From Candidatus Poribacteria bacterium (GTDB lineage: Bacteria; Poribacteria; WGA-4E; PCPOR2b): a DNA stretch of 64,000 bases. The DNA lies in the NCBI GenBank assembly GCA_965215015.1, contig OZ244042.1:288001-352000 (forward strand), in the 5' to 3' direction. Below the pieces are notes generated by a model, which worked only from the letters and a program-made list of their open reading frames with translations, did not search any database and had not been told where the DNA came from. Both the position numbers and the translations under genes were made by a program. Of the stretch, positions 63,529 to 64,000 are shown piece after piece (the first letter of the stretch is position 1; each line of letters begins with the position of its first letter).

Positions 63529-64000
63529 TCAGAATTTTAACTCAATTCCGAAATCAAAATTGCTCTGCGAGAGTTCATACATCTCTAATAAACGATACTC
63601 TCCAATCGCAAACGCCCCACCGACAAAGGCATCAATATAGTTTCCAATCGTTTTGCTCAGTTTAGGTTTTAGCAAAAGATAGTTCTTCAATGGTTCCTCA
63701 GTCGTTGTATCAACATGCCGGGGACCCTGAAATTCTGCTTTAAGCGCGACGCGAAACTCCGATGGGAGATGATATACCATATCCAGGTCAATCCGATCCG
63801 CCGCCCTATAAGGGATTTGCTCAACTATCTCTGGCACATGAACCTCATGCGTGTACTGAAACCGCAAGTCCAGAAGGTCAACAATGCGAGCGGAAATAAG
63901 CAGTTGCCCACCGTAGATTGACGCATCAATGTTGGTCGGGGTCCATGTAAGCTCTTCTGCAGGTTGCACACCAGTTTCTTCGAGATGTTCCGCTTGAGAA
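63529..64000 (-). CDS. Outer-membrane beta-barrel protein, C-terminal part (frame open to the window edge)
   Basis: Alternating beta-strand pattern, terminal FDFGIELKF, upstream of exbB/tonB-like genes. Confidence 0.65.
   Translation of the reverse strand, partial: SQAEHLEETGVQPAEELTWTPTNIDASIYGGQLLISARIVDLLDLRFQYTHEVHVPEIVEQIPYRAADRIDLDMVYHLPSEFRVALKAEFQGPRHVDTTTEEPLKNYLLLKPKLSKTIGNYIDAFVGGAFAIGEYRLLEMYELSQSNFDFGIELKF

Overview
Bacterial chromosomal window of moderate GC. The gene content (eight PhyH-family Fe/2OG dioxygenases, DUF6785-type membrane proteins, a giant secreted protein ending in a 'NYPNPFNPETWIPY' sorting domain, ExbB/TonB) suggests a diderm organism resembling Ca. Poribacteria; this is inference. 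It contains a PhyH/nucleotidyltransferase cluster, a complete Pup-proteasome operon (arc-dop-pup-prcB-prcA-pafA), ppdK, a single-chain type IIG/ISP-like R-M gene, DUF1800-DUF1501-NHL genes, a giant surface protein frameshifted at a poly-C tract, catabolic enzymes, dacB and a Ton/TPR cluster. Most of the unusual signal is non-coding. Several families of palindromic REP/MITE elements form arrays, sit in frame inside the R-M gene, rewrite gene C-termini, and accompany tandem copies of gene 3' ends, including a six-unit array carrying alternative C-terminal tails of the R-M enzyme. No tRNA, rRNA or CRISPR array was recognised. Family assignments come from motif recognition by eye, not database searches.
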